DNA from: Amphiscolops sp. MND2022
Taxonomy: Eukaryota
Reading direction: 5' to 3'
Assembly: GCA_964187785.1 (NCBI GenBank)
Contig: OZ076409.1
Coordinates: 75,580,001-75,644,000 of the forward strand
DNA length: 64,000 nt
The position numbers and the translations under genes are program-made. Positions 63,301 through 64,000 of the stretch are shown piece after piece. Below the pieces are notes generated by a model. It saw only the letters and a program-made list of their open reading frames with translations, made no database searches and was not told the origin of the DNA. Position 1 is the first letter of the stretch, and the number at the start of each line of letters is the position of its first letter.

Positions 63301-64000
63301 TTCCCTACTGACGTTTTGCCCGCTAAACATTTTTTGTTGACCAAAATAACGGTTTTTGGTGGAAAATTTTTGATTTTTTTTAAATTTCATCTTATATCTC
63401 GCCAAGGGTTTACGCTAGCGCTTCAAAACCTTGCTGACGAAAGTTTGCAAACTGTCTCAGGAATGCGGTGTGAAATTTTCAGCTCAATCGGACAAAAACT
63501 CGGGGAGATATTGCGTTTTTCCGGAGCGGGGGGGTTTCATTTTTCTAACGGTCCAGCTTATCTTTGCCATTTTTTCGAAAATGCACTCGCCTAAAGGCCT
63601 CCCCTGGCCGGTTTTACTCCCAAAAAAACCATTTGGCCCTAAATACGGAGTTTCAGCGTTCTAGCATTCTCGGGCGAAAAGTTGTGGGACTTAGAAAATT
63701 TCAAAAATTTTCAAAAATTTTTTTTTTGTTGTTTGGGCCCCCAAAGTGGGGGAAAGGACCCCCCAACCATTAATTTGAGTGAATGCATGTGCAAAGCCCT
63801 TGTATAGAGGAGAAAAATGCCGTTTAGAACGTCTTTTTATCTTTACTCAACGTTGACTTATGACGTTTTGAAATTGACCGTTAGATATGGAAAATTGATG
63901 TTTTGAGTATTTATCTCATCTGAAAGCCATTGAGATACAACATGTTTTGCTCAAAACGGGTTTCATTGCAGTTTCGCTGTCTATTAACACCCTTTGGTGA
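57319..64000 (+). repeat. Same monomer array, right block (continues past the window end)
   Basis: Junctions at 57319, 58595, 59866, 61146, 63118 (spacings 1276, 1271, 1280, 1972). Same anchor blocks and orientation as the left block. Confidence 0.95.
61146..63117 (+). repeat. Atypical 1972-bp monomer with unrelated, GC-richer interior
   Basis: Same terminal hairpin (63049) and junctions, but lacks the standard core blocks. Shares GACCGGAA motifs and an alternative hairpin with 35761-37162. Confidence 0.8.

Noticed and set aside
1..64000. Array mosaicism as a pure assembly artefact
   Set aside because: Not favoured, because the coding region is intact, monomers carry private variants and switches concentrate at specific motifs. 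It cannot be fully excluded without spanning long reads.

Overview
Eukaryotic genomic DNA (genes have short GT-AG introns). Most of the window is a head-to-tail array of ~1.28-kb non-coding monomers: I count 36 junctions, each ending in an invariant GC-rich hairpin (GGGCATGCC-GA-GGCATGCCC), TTCGACGACGTAT, a short variable segment and CTAGGTG. The monomers are not a homogeneous satellite. They are mosaics of conserved anchor blocks and interchangeable variable modules, and left/right partners reassort at CTAGGTG. One 'monomer' (41738-57322) is a 15.6-kb, apparently intact autonomous Helitron-like rolling-circle element. It starts with about 800 bp of ordinary monomer sequence and ends with the monomer terminal hairpin and CTAG. 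It encodes a spliced ~2599-aa protein (2A-like motif, OTU protease, Cys-rich region, HUH Rep, Pif1-type helicase, degenerate GIY-YIG-like tail) and two small intron-containing accessory genes. Best reading (inference): a self-targeting rolling-circle element embedded in a shuffled array of its own non-autonomous cassettes. All assignments come from reading motifs by eye; no searches were run.
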